Source: Macrostomum lignano
Taxonomy: Eukaryota
Length of the DNA: 64,000 bases
NCBI GenBank assembly: GCA_002269645.1
Contig: NIVC01000027.1
Span: 558,001-622,000 of the forward strand
Reading direction: 5' to 3'
Under the pieces are notes generated by a model that did not search any database, was not told the origin of the DNA, and saw only the letters and a list, made by a program, of their open reading frames with translations. A program made the position numbers and the translations under genes. Shown here in pieces: positions 1 through 13,842 of this stretch (positions are counted from its first letter, which is position 1; the number at the start of each line of letters is the position of its first letter).

Positions 1-2580
1 TTCTGTGATCACCCTGACATGATTACCTGCAGTTTCCCGTGTGATCCTTTTGACATGATTACCTGCAGTTTCCCGTGTGATCTTCCTGACATGATTAACC
101 TGCAGTTTCCCGTGTGATCTTCCTGACATGATTAACCTGCAGTTTCCCGTGATCTTCCTGACATGATTAACCTGCAGTTTCCCGTGATCTTCCTGACATG
201 ATTACCTGCAGTTTCCCGTGATCTTCCTGACATGATTACCTGCAGTTTCCCGTGTGATCTTCCTGACATGATTACCTGCAGTTTCCCGTGATCTTCCTGA
301 CATGATTACCTGCAGTTTCCCGTGTGATCTTCCTGACATGATTACCTGCAGTTTCCCGTGTGATCTTCCTGACATGATTACCTGCAGTTTTCCGTGTGAT
401 CTTCCTGACATGATTAACCTGCAGTTTCCCGTGTGATCCTTTTGACATGATTACCTGCAGTTTCCCGTGTGATCTTCCTGACATGATTAACCTGCAGTTT
501 TCCGTGTGATCTTCCTGACATGATTACCTGCAGTTTTCCGTGTGATCTTCCTGACATGATTACCTGCAGTTTCCCGTGTGATCTTCCTGACATGATTACC
601 TGCAGTTTCCCGTGATCTTCCTGACATGATTACCTGCAGTTTCCCGTGTGATCTTCCTGACATGATTACCTGCAGTTTCCCGTGATCTTCCTGACATGAT
701 TACCTGCAGTTTCCCGTGATCTTCCTGACATGATTACCTGCAGTTTCCCGTGATCTTTAATTCCTGACATGATTAACCTGCAGTTTCCCGTGATCTTTAA
801 TTCCTGACATGATTAACCTGCAGTTTCTCGTGATCTTTAATTCCTGACATGATTAACCTGCAGTTTCTCGTGATCTTTAATTCCTGACATGATTAACCTG
901 CAGTTTCCCGTGATCTTTAATTCCTGACATGATTAACCTGCAGTTTCTCGTGATCTTTAATTCCTGACATGATTAACCTGCAGTTTCCCGTGATCTTTAA
1001 TTCCTGACATGATTAACCTGCAGTTTCTCGTGATCTTTAATTCCTGACATGATTAACCTGCAGTTTCTCGTAATCTTCCTGACATGATTACCTGCATTTT
1101 CATGTAATCTTGCTGACATGATTACCTGCAGTTTCCCGTGTGATCCTTTTGACATGATTACCTGCAGTTTTCCGTGTGATCTTCCTGACATGATTACCTG
1201 CAGTTTCCCGTGATCTTCCTGACATGATTTCCTGCAGTTTCCCGTGTGATCTTCCTGACATGATTACCTGCAGTTTCCCGTGATCTTCCTGACATGATTA
1301 CCTGCAGTTTCCCGTGATCTTCCTGACATGATTTCCTGCAGTTTCCCGTGTGATCTTCCTGACATGATTACCTGCAGTTTCCCGTGTGATCCTTCTGACA
1401 TGATTACCTGCAGTTTTCCGTGTGATCTTCCTGACATGATTACCTGCAGTTTCCCGTGTGATCTTCCTGACATGATTTCCTGCAGTTTCCCGTGTGATCT
1501 TCCTGACATGATTACCTGCAGTTTCCCGTGATCTTCCTGACATGATTACCTGCAGTTTCCCGTGATCTTCCTGACATGATTTCCTGCAGTTTCCCGTGAT
1601 CTTCCTGACATGATTTCCTGCAGTTTCCCGTGTGATCTTCCTGACATGATTTCCTGCAGTTTCCCGTGTGATCCTTCTGACATGATTACCTGCAGTTTCC
1701 CGTGTGATCCTTCTGACATGATTACCTGCAGTTTCCCGTGTGATCCTTCTGACATGATTAACCTGCAGTTTTCTGTGATCACCCTGACATGATTACCTGC
1801 AGTTTCCCGTGTGATCCTTTTGACATGATTACCTGCAGTTTCCCGTGTGATCTTCCTGACATGATTAACCTGCAGTTTCCCGTGTGATCTTCCTGACATG
1901 ATTAACCTGCAGTTTCCCGTGATCTTCCTGACATGATTAACCTGCAGTTTCCCGTGATCTTCCTGACATGATTACCTGCAGTTTCCCGTGATCTTCCTGA
2001 CATGATTACCTGCAGTTTCCCGTGTGATCTTCCTGACATGATTACCTGCAGTTTCCCGTGATCTTCCTGACATGATTACCTGCAGTTTCCCGTGTGATCT
2101 TCCTGACATGATTACCTGCAGTTTCCCGTGTGATCTTCCTGACATGATTACCTGCAGTTTTCCGTGTGATCTTCCTGACATGATTAACCTGCAGTTTCCC
2201 GTGTGATCCTTTTGACATGATTACCTGCAGTTTCCCGTGTGATCTTCCTGACATGATTAACCTGCAGTTTTCCGTGTGATCTTCCTGACATGATTAACCT
2301 GCAGTTTTCCGTGTGATCTTCCTGACATGATTACCTGCAGTTTCCCGTGTGATCTTCCTGACATGATTACCTGCAGTTTCCCGTGATCTTCCTGACATGA
2401 TTACCTGCAGTTTCCCGTGTGATCTTCCTGACATGATTACCTGCAGTTTCCCGTGATCTTCCTGACATGATTACCTGCAGTTTCCCGTGATCTTCCTGAC
2501 ATGATTAACCTGCAGTTTCCCGTGTGATCCTTTTGACATGATTACCTGCAGTTTCCCGTGTGATCTTCCCTGACATGATT
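1..2580. repeat. Tandem minisatellite, about 34-37 bp unit (GATCTTCCTGACATGATTACCTGCAGTTTCCCGT[GT]); runs off the window edge
   Basis: Directly visible tandem units. The ORFs called here are translations of the repeat. Confidence 0.97.
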
Positions 2581-4031
2581 ACTTTATTTACAAACAGATG
2601 CAAACAGATGAAGATAAAATAAATTATGTCGCTGAAAAATTTCAAGCACGAATTGCAAGCACAGCTGTGATCAATACAATTTGTAAGACAGAGGCTTTGG
2701 CAATCATTTATTTATTTCGCAGGAATATATTTTCCACACTATAGCGATAGCGACGCGTGCGACGCGTGCCAAAAGCCGTCTGGCCGGATTCTGCAAGCCC
2801 CAGTCTCTGAGGGAATTAAAAATTTTCGCTCATCATAATTCAGTGTGCATCCAGCCTGCTGTACATACTCAACAGACAAGCCTGCTGCTGAGATATGCTA
2901 TCAAGCCCAGCCCTCTGGGGAGCAGGTTTCTGGGTGGTTGTCTGAGTTGGTATACTAAATAATACGCCTGACTCTCTCCCTTCTCCCTTCCTCCCCCTCG
3001 CCCCCTCTCCACTCGGCTCAAACCCTGCCAGCGCGGGGTCGCTCTGTCAGATGGATCGATAAGGGGGGAGGGGGTTAGTGGACGAGCGAGCAGGAGAAGT
3101 GGAGAGGTCGGGTCTCAATGCAGGAATTGCCGGGCAAAAAAATTCAGGACCCCGCGAGTCTGGTGCTGCAAAGCCAAGGACTGTTTGAAACTTAGCAGTC
3201 TGGACTGGAAATCCTTCAACTTTCTATTGTCTTGATGTCAATACTAATAAATATTACCGTTGTATATAGAGAAAGATTAATTTTAATTCATATGGAAGAT
3301 AAGCTTTTGCAACGCTTGTATTAACAAAAATATAATATTAATGAGAGTTTAAAAAGTAAGACATTCCTTCAGAGGCACGCATGGGATCAAGAGGTTTCTC
3401 AGCTGTTTCTCTTCCCTTGGATTCATTATTTCAGAATGCTCCGCGGTCGCTAGGTGGCAAAAGTCTGGCTTTAGGAAGAGGAACTGGGCTTGGTTAGAAA
3501 GACGCGTGGGTGGAGACTTGAAGACGCGACGTCTCAGTCCAAGCTTTCTCTCTAGTCAGCTGCTACCCCTGAGGCGAATAAGTGAATGGGGAACTGCAGG
3601 CGTGGGAAGGCGGGCGCGCAGACAGGCAGGTCGTGAGCTCCTTGCTGAGAGAGATTCTATGAAACAGAGAAATAGACGAATGAGAGGCGGCCGGCTAAAT
3701 ATAGATAGAGTGGGCGAGTACAGTTTGAGCAGAGCCGGTCTGAGGCAGGTCTGAGGGGAGGTAAACAGGCGACAGAGAGGAGGGAGCAGGACAGGAAGGG
3801 GAGAGCGAATGCGGTTCACGGAACAGGCGCGGGTAGGGCAGAGGGATCGGGCAGGAGGGAGGGCTACTCTTCGCTTTTTATTAAAAAACGGGCGTCCGGG
3901 ACAGTTCTGAAGCAACAGCTCACGCTTCTCAGGGCTTCTCCGGGCTAGATAACTATTATTTAGGCGCGCCACTTCACTGGGAGATCAGATTTCGACGTAA
4001 AAAAAAGAGTTCACCAAGTCAATCCAAGACT

Positions 4032-4392
4032 ATGGAAGGCCTGGCTGAAGTCAACGGTCACAATGAAGCAACGGAGCTGATGGAGCAGGAGGCTGCAATG
4101 TCTGCGGTGGCGGACGCGGCGGAGACGGAGGACTTAGGCGAGCTGGAGGAGGCCGTGGAGGCGGTTGAGTCCATGTCAAGCAACAGCCGGTACAGCGTGC
4201 TGTGCTTCGAGCAGGTGCAACTGCTCCACGAGTTCATGCAGCGCGAGATCTGCATTCAGGGCCGGGGGCCGTACCCCACTCTGAGGCTGACCCTGCGCGA
4301 CCTGGTGTCCCGAGTTCGAGCCCGGATCGAAGCGGACGGTGTGGCTGTGCGAGATGTCCGGTTGAATGGCAGCAGTGCCAGCTTCATCATCG
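4032..4392 (+). CDS. TENT5: TENT5/FAM46-family terminal nucleotidyltransferase, exon 1
   Basis: ATG at 4032. Encodes family N-terminal motifs YSVLCFEQVQLL, IQGRGPYPTL and DVRLNGSSASFII. Ends at phase-1 donor G|GTGAGT (4393). Confidence 0.92.
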
Positions 4393-5403
4393 GTGAGTCC
4401 TGAGTTGGGGCCGTTCTGTGTGAGGCTATAGGGAAGCTGCCCGTACTCTAAAAGCACCAAAGACTATCCAGTGTACAGACTCGTGACAAACTCTCTTTGA
4501 AAAAGTCACTCTATTTGATTATTTATTTACGGCTAAGTGATTAAAATAAATCACTATGCAGGATTCGGAACGACTGCCTGTCAATCTGTACAATTGAGAT
4601 TAGAAAACGATAACAGCATTAATTAATTTAGACCTATTTATAGCCCTATTTATGAGCTGGTTAATTAGTTAATTGATCAGATGAGCTGCCGCAGCGAGTG
4701 GGGATCTAAATTTAGACACTAATTTATAAAAGGTCTGGTAAAAGGTCTTCGGGTTGAGCAAGGAGTGAGAGAAAATGTCACGGAGTAGTGAGTAGTAGTG
4801 CGCATCTTAGTTCAACGCTGCTTCATGCGGCTCTCACAGGATGCAACCCCCTTCTCCATCATTGTTCCAAGCTTGTCCTATCTGTGCTGCCATCTCCCAT
4901 TCCTCACTGCTTCCCCCTGATTGTGTTGTTAGCAACCAATGCAATGCTGTCAGTTACCTTGGCTTAAAGTGTAATTATATAAGCTCTATAGGCTTGCAGT
5001 ACAGTGCAGAACACGCGAGCTCAAGGAGACAGATTCTGTTTCTTACAAAGAAATTCAATTATTAATGAGGCTGAAACCAGGCAGTGACGCAAGCAAGCAG
5101 ACGGTTAGTTTCGTATCTGGGGATGAATTGGCCGCGTGGAAAATGATTCTTGTAATTTTTTGGTTGCATACCGAATAAACTGTACAAATTTTAAGCTTGT
5201 TTTTTGTAAAGAATTTAATATTATATTTTTAGCCTTAAATTGCAATTTCGTTTGACATTTTAAGCTTACTGCGCGAATGTCACACTCGAAGCACTTGTTT
5301 TTCGAGTCAGTGTGAGAGAAAAAATGTTTTAAAACGTAAAATTCTTTTAAAGCAGATTCAGATCGAGTTGAGCAGTTGGGCAAACCAAGCATTGGAGGGG
5401 GTG

Positions 5404-5987
5404 GCAGAGGAGGGTATGGGAAAGGAGGGTGTGGGAAAGGAGGGTGTGGGAAAGGAGGGTGTGGGAAAGGAGGGTGTGGGAAAGGAGGGTGTGGGAAAGG
5501 AGGGTGTGGGAAAGGAGGGTGTGGGAGAGGAGGGTGTGAGAAAGGAGGGTGTGGGAAAGGAGGGTGTGAGAAAGGAGGGTGTGGGAAAGGAGGGTGTGAG
5601 AAAGGAGGGTGTGGGAAAGGAGGGTGTGGGAGAGGAGGGTGTGAGAAAGGAGGGTTTGGGAAAGGAGGGTGTGGGAAAGGAGGGTGTGGGAAAGGAGGGT
5701 GTGGGAGAGGAGGGTGTGGGAGAGGAGGGTGTGGGAGAGGAGGGTGTGGGAGAGGAGGGTGTGGGAGAGGAGGGTGAGGGAGAGAAGGGTGTGGGAGAGG
5801 ATGGTGTGGGAGAGGAGGGTGTGGGAGAGAAGGGTGTGGGAGAGGAGGGTGTGGGAGAGAAGGGTGTGGGAGAGGAGGGTGTGGGAGAGAAGGGTGTGGT
5901 AGATGAGGGTGCGGGAGAGAAGGGTGCGGGAGAGGAGGGTGTGGGAGAGGAGGGTGTGGGAGAGGAGGGTGTGGTAGAGGAGGGTGT
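5404..5987. repeat. 15-bp G-rich minisatellite (GTGGGAAAGGAGGGT) in TENT5 intron 1
   Basis: About 39 visible tandem units. Confidence 0.95.
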
Positions 5988-6685
5988 ACGCACGGTACTC
6001 AGAGCAGGATCTTGTGACACGGCAAAGCACTCAGGCAAAGCCCTTACTCCTCTTTCGCATTTCCTACTCACGTTTCGAGACTAAAAGCACCCCCACTATG
6101 CACTGATCCAATTCAGGGATTAATCAATACCCATGGTTTGCAAGCGCAACCCTGCCCTGTACAGTTGGTAACTGAGAGCGTCCATTCATGCATTCGCCTG
6201 CTTCTACTATAGGAGCAGGATTTAGCAATGGCTATATTTAGATATGGGGCTGGGGTGGGTTGAAGTCAATTTTTTGGGCTCACAGTTTAGTCCCTGCCAA
6301 AAAGTGCACTCACTTCATACTTCTAACTGGGCGAGGTGCTGGCTAAATGCGCCCCCCCCAACTAGAAGTTTTTTGGTAATAAATAGCCGGCAGTTCATAT
6401 CCGCATGGATAAAAAATACAACTTGAGATAAAACTATAAAATAAATTTTCAGATTTGAGATTATGCTATAGTTCAACACAAAACTGCAGACCGGCCCCAG
6501 TCTGCATTTTCTTTCCTGTTTTTAATATTCAGTGTTGCAAAATTAATTGAGAATATTGAAAATCTGGCAAAAATTTGTTAGATCTATATGCTACCTAAAC
6601 TTTGAGCCCATTTGAGTTTAAGTGTGTCTGTTGCTGAAATTGCTTTGAGCGAATTTCTCTTTATAGATCTTTCCTTATCTTTACA

Positions 6686-6900
6686 GTGTCTACCTCCCAC
6701 TCTAATCTCTCCCTCTTCTCTCCATCTAATCTGTCTCCCTACCATCTACTCTTCCTCCACATCACTCAACTTTTTCTCCTTACTCCTCCACTCTCCCTCT
6801 CCACCTCTCTACCCTCCCTCTTCACCCCTCTACTCTCCCTCTCCGTACCCTCTACTCTCCCTCCACACCCTTCTACTCTTTCTCCTCACCCCTCTACTCT
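6686..6900. repeat. CT-rich degenerate tandem repeat (CCCTCTACTCT core) upstream of the TENT5 exon 2 acceptor
   Basis: Visible low-complexity repeats; homologous flank to 12150-12260. Confidence 0.75.
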
Positions 6901-6966
6901 CATAGTAATAGTGATGCTTAATTGAGCACAGCTTACAGTACTGTCTGCACCTTTCCTCCTGCGCAG

Positions 6967-8372
6967 GCATGAACTCGGCCCAGTCCTACAACGACTTGGA
7001 CCTTCTGTTCGGCGTTGACCTCAGCGCTCCGGACACCGTGGACAGAATCAAACTGTCCGTGCTGGACTGTCTTCATTCGTTTCTCCCCAGCGGCTCCGAG
7101 GAAATCCTGAAGCGCCGGCACTGCTCCGGCCCAGCCTGGGGCCGCTCAGACTCCAACATGATGGAGGGCTACGTGAGGAAGCTGGTGCGCATTCAGAGCA
7201 CAGACAGCTGGTCGCTGATCAGCCTGGGCTACGCCAACTCCAGCCAGCCCGAGGGCCTCACCGTCGAGTTGAAATTCGTCGACAAGATGCGTCGCAAGTT
7301 CGAGTTCACGGTGGACAGCTTCCAGATCATCCTGGACTCGCTGTGCACCTTCTACAGCGTGAAGTCCGAGGAGCCACCAGCAATCAGCGAGCACTTCTAC
7401 CCCACCGTCATTGCCGAATCCGTGAGCGGCAGCTTCGTGGAAGCCTACGGCCACCTCATGAAGAAGGAGATCAGCACGAGAAATCCGGAGGAGATTCGCG
7501 GTGGCGGCCTGCTGAAGTACTGCAAACTGCTGGTGGACGGCTTCCTGCCCGCCCAGGGTGTCGACGTTGTCAATCTGGAGAAGTACATGTGCTCCAGATT
7601 CTTCATCGACTTTCCGGACTTGAAGAAACAGCGCGCCAAGATGGAGTCGTACCTGGCGGCGCACTTTCCATCTGACAGGGACCTGGAGCAGCGGGTGCAC
7701 TACCTGCAGATCCTCCACCAGGTTGTGAAGAGCTCAACAGTCTGTCTTATGCAGCAGGAGCGCCGATCCACCCTGTACCTCATCTCCGACATGATCGGCG
7801 AGATTTACATCGACATCGAGGCCAGAAATCACGTGATCGCTTTGGAACCGTTCAACTCCACAGACTGGGTGCTCGACCAGGTGTTCTACGGTACGCAGTA
7901 CTTTCCAACCCACCTGACTCCAGTTGGATCGCCGCACGCTGCAGCCGCCGCGGCAGCCGCAGCCGCAGCCGAAGTTGGTGCAGCCGACTACTACGGCACG
8001 CCCGTGTACAGCGACGGCACCGGCCGGTTCTACAGCTGCATCTTGTCAACCAGCCAAGGACATTGTTCCGCCCTCCCGGCCGGTCATTTTCTGTCAACCG
8101 GAGGCGATCCGAGGCTTCAGCAGCAGCAACAACAACAGGCGATGATGCCGCAGTCGTCATACTTTGCAATGCCGGCGCTGAGCCTGTCAGAGTCGGTCAG
8201 CAGCGGCTGCAGCAGCGGCGGCGGCTCCGAAAGTCAGCAGTCCTCAAATGCCTCCTCCGCGGTGGAGTTCCTCATGGAATTTCCGCAGCCGCAGAAGCAG
8301 GTGCAGATTCAGACACAGCAACAGCAACTGCCAGCCATCACAGTCACTAGCGACAGCGGTAGCAGTGACTGA
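6967..8372 (+). CDS. TENT5: TENT5/FAM46-family terminal nucleotidyltransferase, exon 2 (spliced product 588 aa)
   Basis: Acceptor ctttcctcctgcgcag|GC completes a Gly codon in frame. Motifs YNDLDLLF (DxD), VELKFVD, KFEFTVDSFQI, EEIRGGGLLKY, YMCSRFFIDF and STVCLM are diagnostic of FAM46. Confidence 0.95.
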
Positions 8373-10425
8373 CTGAATCGGATCTACTAGCAGCAGAAAG
8401 AATCGAACGAACTTGATTTAGAACCGCTTCCATGTGGCTGCAATTGCCAGTCGCGTTCGGAATTTCGCATGGTATTTTAATTTAAAATCTGCTGAGCATG
8501 CGCCTCATCTGCAAAATTGAGCTGCGGGTCTCTCGCGGGCCTGTGCAGCGGCTGTCGTGTTTTTGTCATTCAATTATTTTCGCCTCTAATTATCTACAGG
8601 ACTATATTGAAATTTTGCCTGTCAAAACAAAAAAAATTAAAACGCGTCGTGGTATCCGTGATGTGCACTTCTTTAGCTCCTATATGCCATCATTTTTCCG
8701 CATTTTTTAACAAAAATTAACAAAAAGCAGAGAAAGTTTACGCGAATAACAGGGTAATTCTGCCGATGTAGAGAGTTCGATTTTCAGGTGTTTTTTCACC
8801 TTATTTGATTGCTGTTTTGATCGGCAATAGATTGATATATTTATTGTTATTTGTTGTTAATATGTGAGTATTGTATACCGATAGCTTAGCCAATGATTAA
8901 TCAGTTGTCATTCTCAACAAAAAGACCGGTTCAAATAATTTGTGCAGTTTCTGGATCTGCTTGCAGTGTGGAAATCTGTTTTGTATACTCATAGCTTTCT
9001 CACATGTTGTGCTTCGTGTGTCAAATCTCTCCAAAGCTTATATATTTATTGTTTTTCTGTCTATGGTAATTTAGATCCCTGTTTAACCCAGAGATATCGC
9101 CATGTTATATTTGTGATAAACCTGCCAGTGAGTCTTCTGTCTACCCTTTTGTCTACTCCTCTACCCGATATAATCAAACCGAACTCACTCCTGTCCGCCT
9201 GTGAATATTATTTATAGAAATTACTCGATAAAAAAGTCGCTATTTTTGCTAAATGTTTTTTCTTCTCCAATTTTCAAAACATTTTTAACTCGATAGTAGA
9301 GAGCTGCAACCCCCTGTTTATCCTGCGTGTCTCTCAGTGTTTTACAGCGCGCTTCAATTTTCATTTTTTATTTGACGTCTCGTCCTGTGATAAGCAGACC
9401 AATTTTAGCTATATTTTTCGATAGCAACAAATCTAATACTAATGTAACTGCCTTCCTCTCTGACCCAGAGTTCCCCGGGAGATCTTGGGAGTGCGTTCGG
9501 GTGCAAGCGCACTGATTGCAGACCGAACAGAGGGGAGCAACTCAGGTGCAAAAAGACATTGCCTTGCTTCAGAAGAGGACCCCCTTGGTGTTCCTCTTGG
9601 CCACGCCCGCCCTTTAGCTACTTACCTGCGCTCACAGAGTTAATCCCAGAAAATATTCAATTATAGATTCAGTTTTATCAATTCCACAGTTTTGCCATGC
9701 AAACGGTCGGTGTTGTTAATTAATTAATTATTCCAAAAACTGGAACTCAAAATTACATAACCAATGCGTTTAACTTGGATGTCAATGTTTTTTGTGTCTT
9801 TGGTGGCCTAATTTGTGCAAATCACATTATATATTGATATATAGTGTACAAAATAATATATACGCGTTACCTGTGTAAATCGTAAACCCAACATTTGAAT
9901 TTCATTGTCTGTAAGTCTGTGTATTATCGGTTGTTTAAACTAAACTCGTTATTTATTAAATAAATGCATATGCTAACAGACACCAACCATGTCCCAGCTA
10001 CTCCGCTGTGCTGTGCATCTCGTTTGTCTTCGTTATAACAAAAAAAATTGTCGGAGTGAAAAGCAAAATTTTGTGTCTTTATTAATATTTTGTTTGCCCC
10101 AAACCATCTCATGGGACAGCTGCCAGATCTATGGAGATAATGGCTCCGTCATCACCCTTCCAGCAGCGTTTTGTTAAAAAAGTAACGGATTTTAGTGATG
10201 AACAGCGTCACTGTTTGTCCTTCTCTCTTTCCCCTCTGCACCTCGTATCCTCCATTTACATGTAGTATCTTGCTTTTGGACTTAACACACTTGGACTTCA
10301 TAAGCTCTTGCTAAGTTAACAAGCAGAGGCTTATCAACGGTTTGACTTTGTGCAGTTCCGAGCTCTTAAATTAATTAGGCTTGTGAAGTGAAGATTTTAG
10401 GCTTGTGAAGCTTCCAACTATGCAA

Positions 10426-10800
10426 CTTGTGGATTATCGAGCTTGAGGATTATCGAGCTTGTGGATTATCGAGCTTGAGGATTATCGAGCTTGTGGATTA
10501 TCGAGCTTGTGGATTATCAATATTGTGGATTATCGAGCTTGAGGATTATCGAGCTTGTGGATTATCGAGCTTGTGGATTATCAATATTGTGGATTATCGA
10601 GCTTGTGGATTATCGATATAGTGGATTATCGATTTTGTGGATTATCTAACTTATGGATTATCGAGCTTGGATTATCGAGCTTGTGGATTATCAAGCTTGT
10701 GGATTATCGAGCTTGTGGATTATCGAGCTCGTGGATTATCGTGCTTTTGAATTTTCGAGGATTATCGAGCTTGTGGATTATCGAGGATTATCGAACTTGT
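10426..10800. repeat. 16-bp minisatellite (GTGGATTATCGAGCTT)
   Basis: Visible tandem units. Confidence 0.93.
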
Positions 10801-11413
10801 GGGACAGGTACCAGTTAATTTGAGCTGCGCAGCATAAACGTAATAAGATAATTTTATTTCTTTGTCCAAAAAGTTTCTATCACAAAAAATTGAAGTTGAT
10901 GGTTATAAAATTGCCCTTACGGAGGATCGGGAGAGCCGTCAAATATTGGGCCTGGAGAAACACCTGGGTGTGAACAGGTGGCATAATTAACAAAAAAATC
11001 AAACCTAATCAGAAATGTAAATGTAATTAAATGTAAAATACGAGCGACTTCAGAATCCAAAATAATTTAGTTAGATTACAGTTTCGAGTCGAGATCGGTT
11101 CAGGTGTTTGTGAGCGGATTCAGACTCTTCGAATAATTAATTGCAGTGCCGCTGCGCTCTCCGGTTCGACTGGAGCAGGCCGATCGCACAATGTCCCGGC
11201 TGTGAAATCAATTATTTAGACAATATTGAATTCTGGACAATAACAGAAGACTTTCAAGCGCAATTCTGGCATTGAAACGGCGGAAGGATGTCCGATTGTG
11301 GGGCTTCGGACACCCTGGGAAATTATTGGACACTTGGGTGGGGATAAGGGGAGGACGGACAGGGGTATCTGGGGGTATTGGTGAAATGAAAAGTGGAAAA
11401 CTGAATTAAGAAA

Positions 11414-11823
11414 TGAGACACCTGGGCGAACAGGGAACACAAGGGAATCGAGGCACCTGGGCAAACAGGGAACGCAGGGGAATTGAGACACCTGGGCGAA
11501 CAGGAAACACAGGGGAATTGAGACACCTGGGCGAACAGGGAACACAGGGGAATTGAGACACCTGGGCGAACAGGGAACACAGGGGAATTGAGACACCTGG
11601 GCAAACAGGGAACACAAGGGAATTGAGACACCTGGGCAAACAGGGAACACAGGGGAATTGAGATACCTGGGCAAACAGGGAACACAGGGAATTGAGACAC
11701 CTGGGCAAACAGGGAACACAGGGGAATTGAGACACCTGGGCAAACAGGGAACACAGGAGAATTGAGACACCTGGGCAAACAGGGAACACAGAGGAATCGA
11801 GACACCTGGGCAAACAGGGAACA
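11414..11823. repeat. 35-bp minisatellite (GAGACACCTGGGCAAACAGGGAACACAGGGGAATT), array 1
   Basis: Visible tandem units. Confidence 0.95.
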
Positions 11824-12299
11824 CAGTTATACGAGTACACAGCTAAATATATGCTCTACTAAGATTGCTACAAGGTCCGGGCCCAGAGATAATTACAGGA
11901 TTCCGCAATGGGCGGGGCGGAAGCTGCTCCGTGATAAATGATTTTCAAATCCCTCCCAAGCGAGACTGCCAGGGCACGGAGGTTCGAGTCTGAATGCCCC
12001 TCATTTCCTGTCGCCCCGCCGCTGAGTAGCAATATTCGGGTGAGTCTCACTCAAATCAGCATTTCTAAAAATAGTACCGCAAATTGAATTGAAAATCTGC
12101 CAAAGCTTCCCCGCGAAACTGCTTTAGCCTTTGGGAAATCATGCTTTGCAGATTATTTTGCTTTCACTGTGCCTGTTGCTGATTTTGTTTTGAGCAAATT
12201 TCTCGATACTGTTCTCCAGTGTCTACGCCCTCTAATCTCCCTCTCTGCACCCCTCTATTCTATCTCTCTCCACCCTCTACGCATCCTCTCTGCATAGTA

Positions 12300-13312
12300 G
12301 CACCCTCGACTCTCCCTCCCCACCCTCTACTTTCTCTCCCCACCATCTACTTTCTCTCCCCATCTTCTACTCTCTCTCCCCACCCTCTACTCTCTCTCCC
12401 CACCCTCTACTCTCTCTCCCCACCATCTACTTTCTCTCCCCACCCTCTACTCTCTCTCCCCATCCTCTACTCTCTCTCCCCACCCTCTACTCTCCCTCCC
12501 CTCCCTCTACTCTCTCTCCCCACCATCTACTTTCTCTCCCCATCCTCTACTCTCTCTCCCCACCCTCTACTCTCCCTCCCCATCCTCTACTCTCCCTCTC
12601 CACCCTCTACTCTCTCTCCCCACCCTCTACTCTCTTTGTCCCCATCCTCTACTCTCTCTCCCCACCCTCTACTCTCTTTGTCCCCATCCTCTACTCTCCC
12701 TCTCCACCCTCTACTCTCTCTCCCCACCCTCTACTCTCTTTGTCCCCATCCTCTACTCTCCCTCCCCACCATCTACTCTCCCTCCCCACCCTCTACTCTC
12801 CCTCTCCACCCTCTACTCTCCCTCCCCACCCTCTACTCTCCCTCTCCACCCTCTACTCTCTCTCCCCACCCTCTACTCTCTCTCCCCACCCTCTACTCTC
12901 TTTCTCCCCATCCTCTACTCTCCCTCCCCATTCTCTACTCTCTCTCCCCACCCTCTACTCTCTCTCCCCACCATCTACTCTCCCTCCCCATCCTCTACTC
13001 TCTCTCCCCACCCTCTACTCTCTCTCCCCACCATCTACTCTCCCTCCCCATCCTCTACTCTCTCTCCCCACCCTCTACTCTCCCTCTCCACCCTCTACTC
13101 TCTCTCCCCACCCTCTACTCTCTCTCCCCACCCTCTACTCTCTTTCTCCCCATCCTCTACTCTCCCTCCCCATCCTCTACTCTCTCTCCCCACCCTCTAC
13201 TCTCTCTCCCCACCATCTACTCTCCCTCCCCATCCTCTACTCTCTCCCCACCCTCTACTCTCTCTCCCCACCATCTACTCTCCCTCCCCTCATCTTTCTA
13301 CTCTCCCTCCTC
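12300..13312. repeat. CT-rich minisatellite (about 21-22 bp, CCCCACCCTCTACTCTCTCT-type)
   Basis: Visible tandem units. Confidence 0.93.
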
Positions 13313-13842
13313 ACTGTGATTGAACCCAAGCAATCACAGAGAGATCAGTTCCGCTCCCCAGTTCACTCTTGCATTAAATTTCCGGTGCAATCCGATCCGA
13401 GACCAAAAGACAACAGCAGATCCGCTGCAAGCCTGCTCAAAATGAATTAATTTTGCTAGCAAAAGCTTGCAGAGCAGTCTAGAAGGGGCGGTCTGGACTG
13501 AGCAAGTGAATCAAGTGAATGCAGACAGTATGAATAAATATGTGTAGTTCAATTTAGCAATAATTTAGCATAGCTGACTGGGCAATGATGTAATAAAAAC
13601 AGTTGATCTGGGCAGACATAAAAGTGAGTGTATTTAAGTAGACCTGACTATAGATTTTACACATAACGACTCTGAAAGCGCATCGATAATATTTCGCGAG
13701 GCACTGAGTACGGCAATTAAAATACTCTACTTAAATAACACGAAAATATTATATTGTATTTATCCATTATTCAACTAACATGCACACTAGTCTACTTATA
13801 ACTGGCAGTAAGTAGACAGTATAGCATATGAATTGCACTCAC

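Noticed and set aside
202-2254. ORFs such as MSGRSHGKLQVI repeats
   Set aside because: They are translations of the satellite, and the unit length varies out of frame.
5347-6084. Collagen- or keratin-associated-like ORFs (GKEGV, GGCGK, PTPSS repeats)
   Set aside because: A 15-bp array open in many frames, lying inside TENT5 intron 1.
9617-9630. TACTTACCTG resembling the U1 snRNA 5' end
   Set aside because: The downstream sequence does not match U1; it is more likely a minus-strand splice-donor-like motif or chance.
11880-12045. Possible degenerate second TENT5 exon 1 (GTTCGAG..TGAATG, G|GTGAGT donor)
   Set aside because: No sustained peptide similarity could be built.
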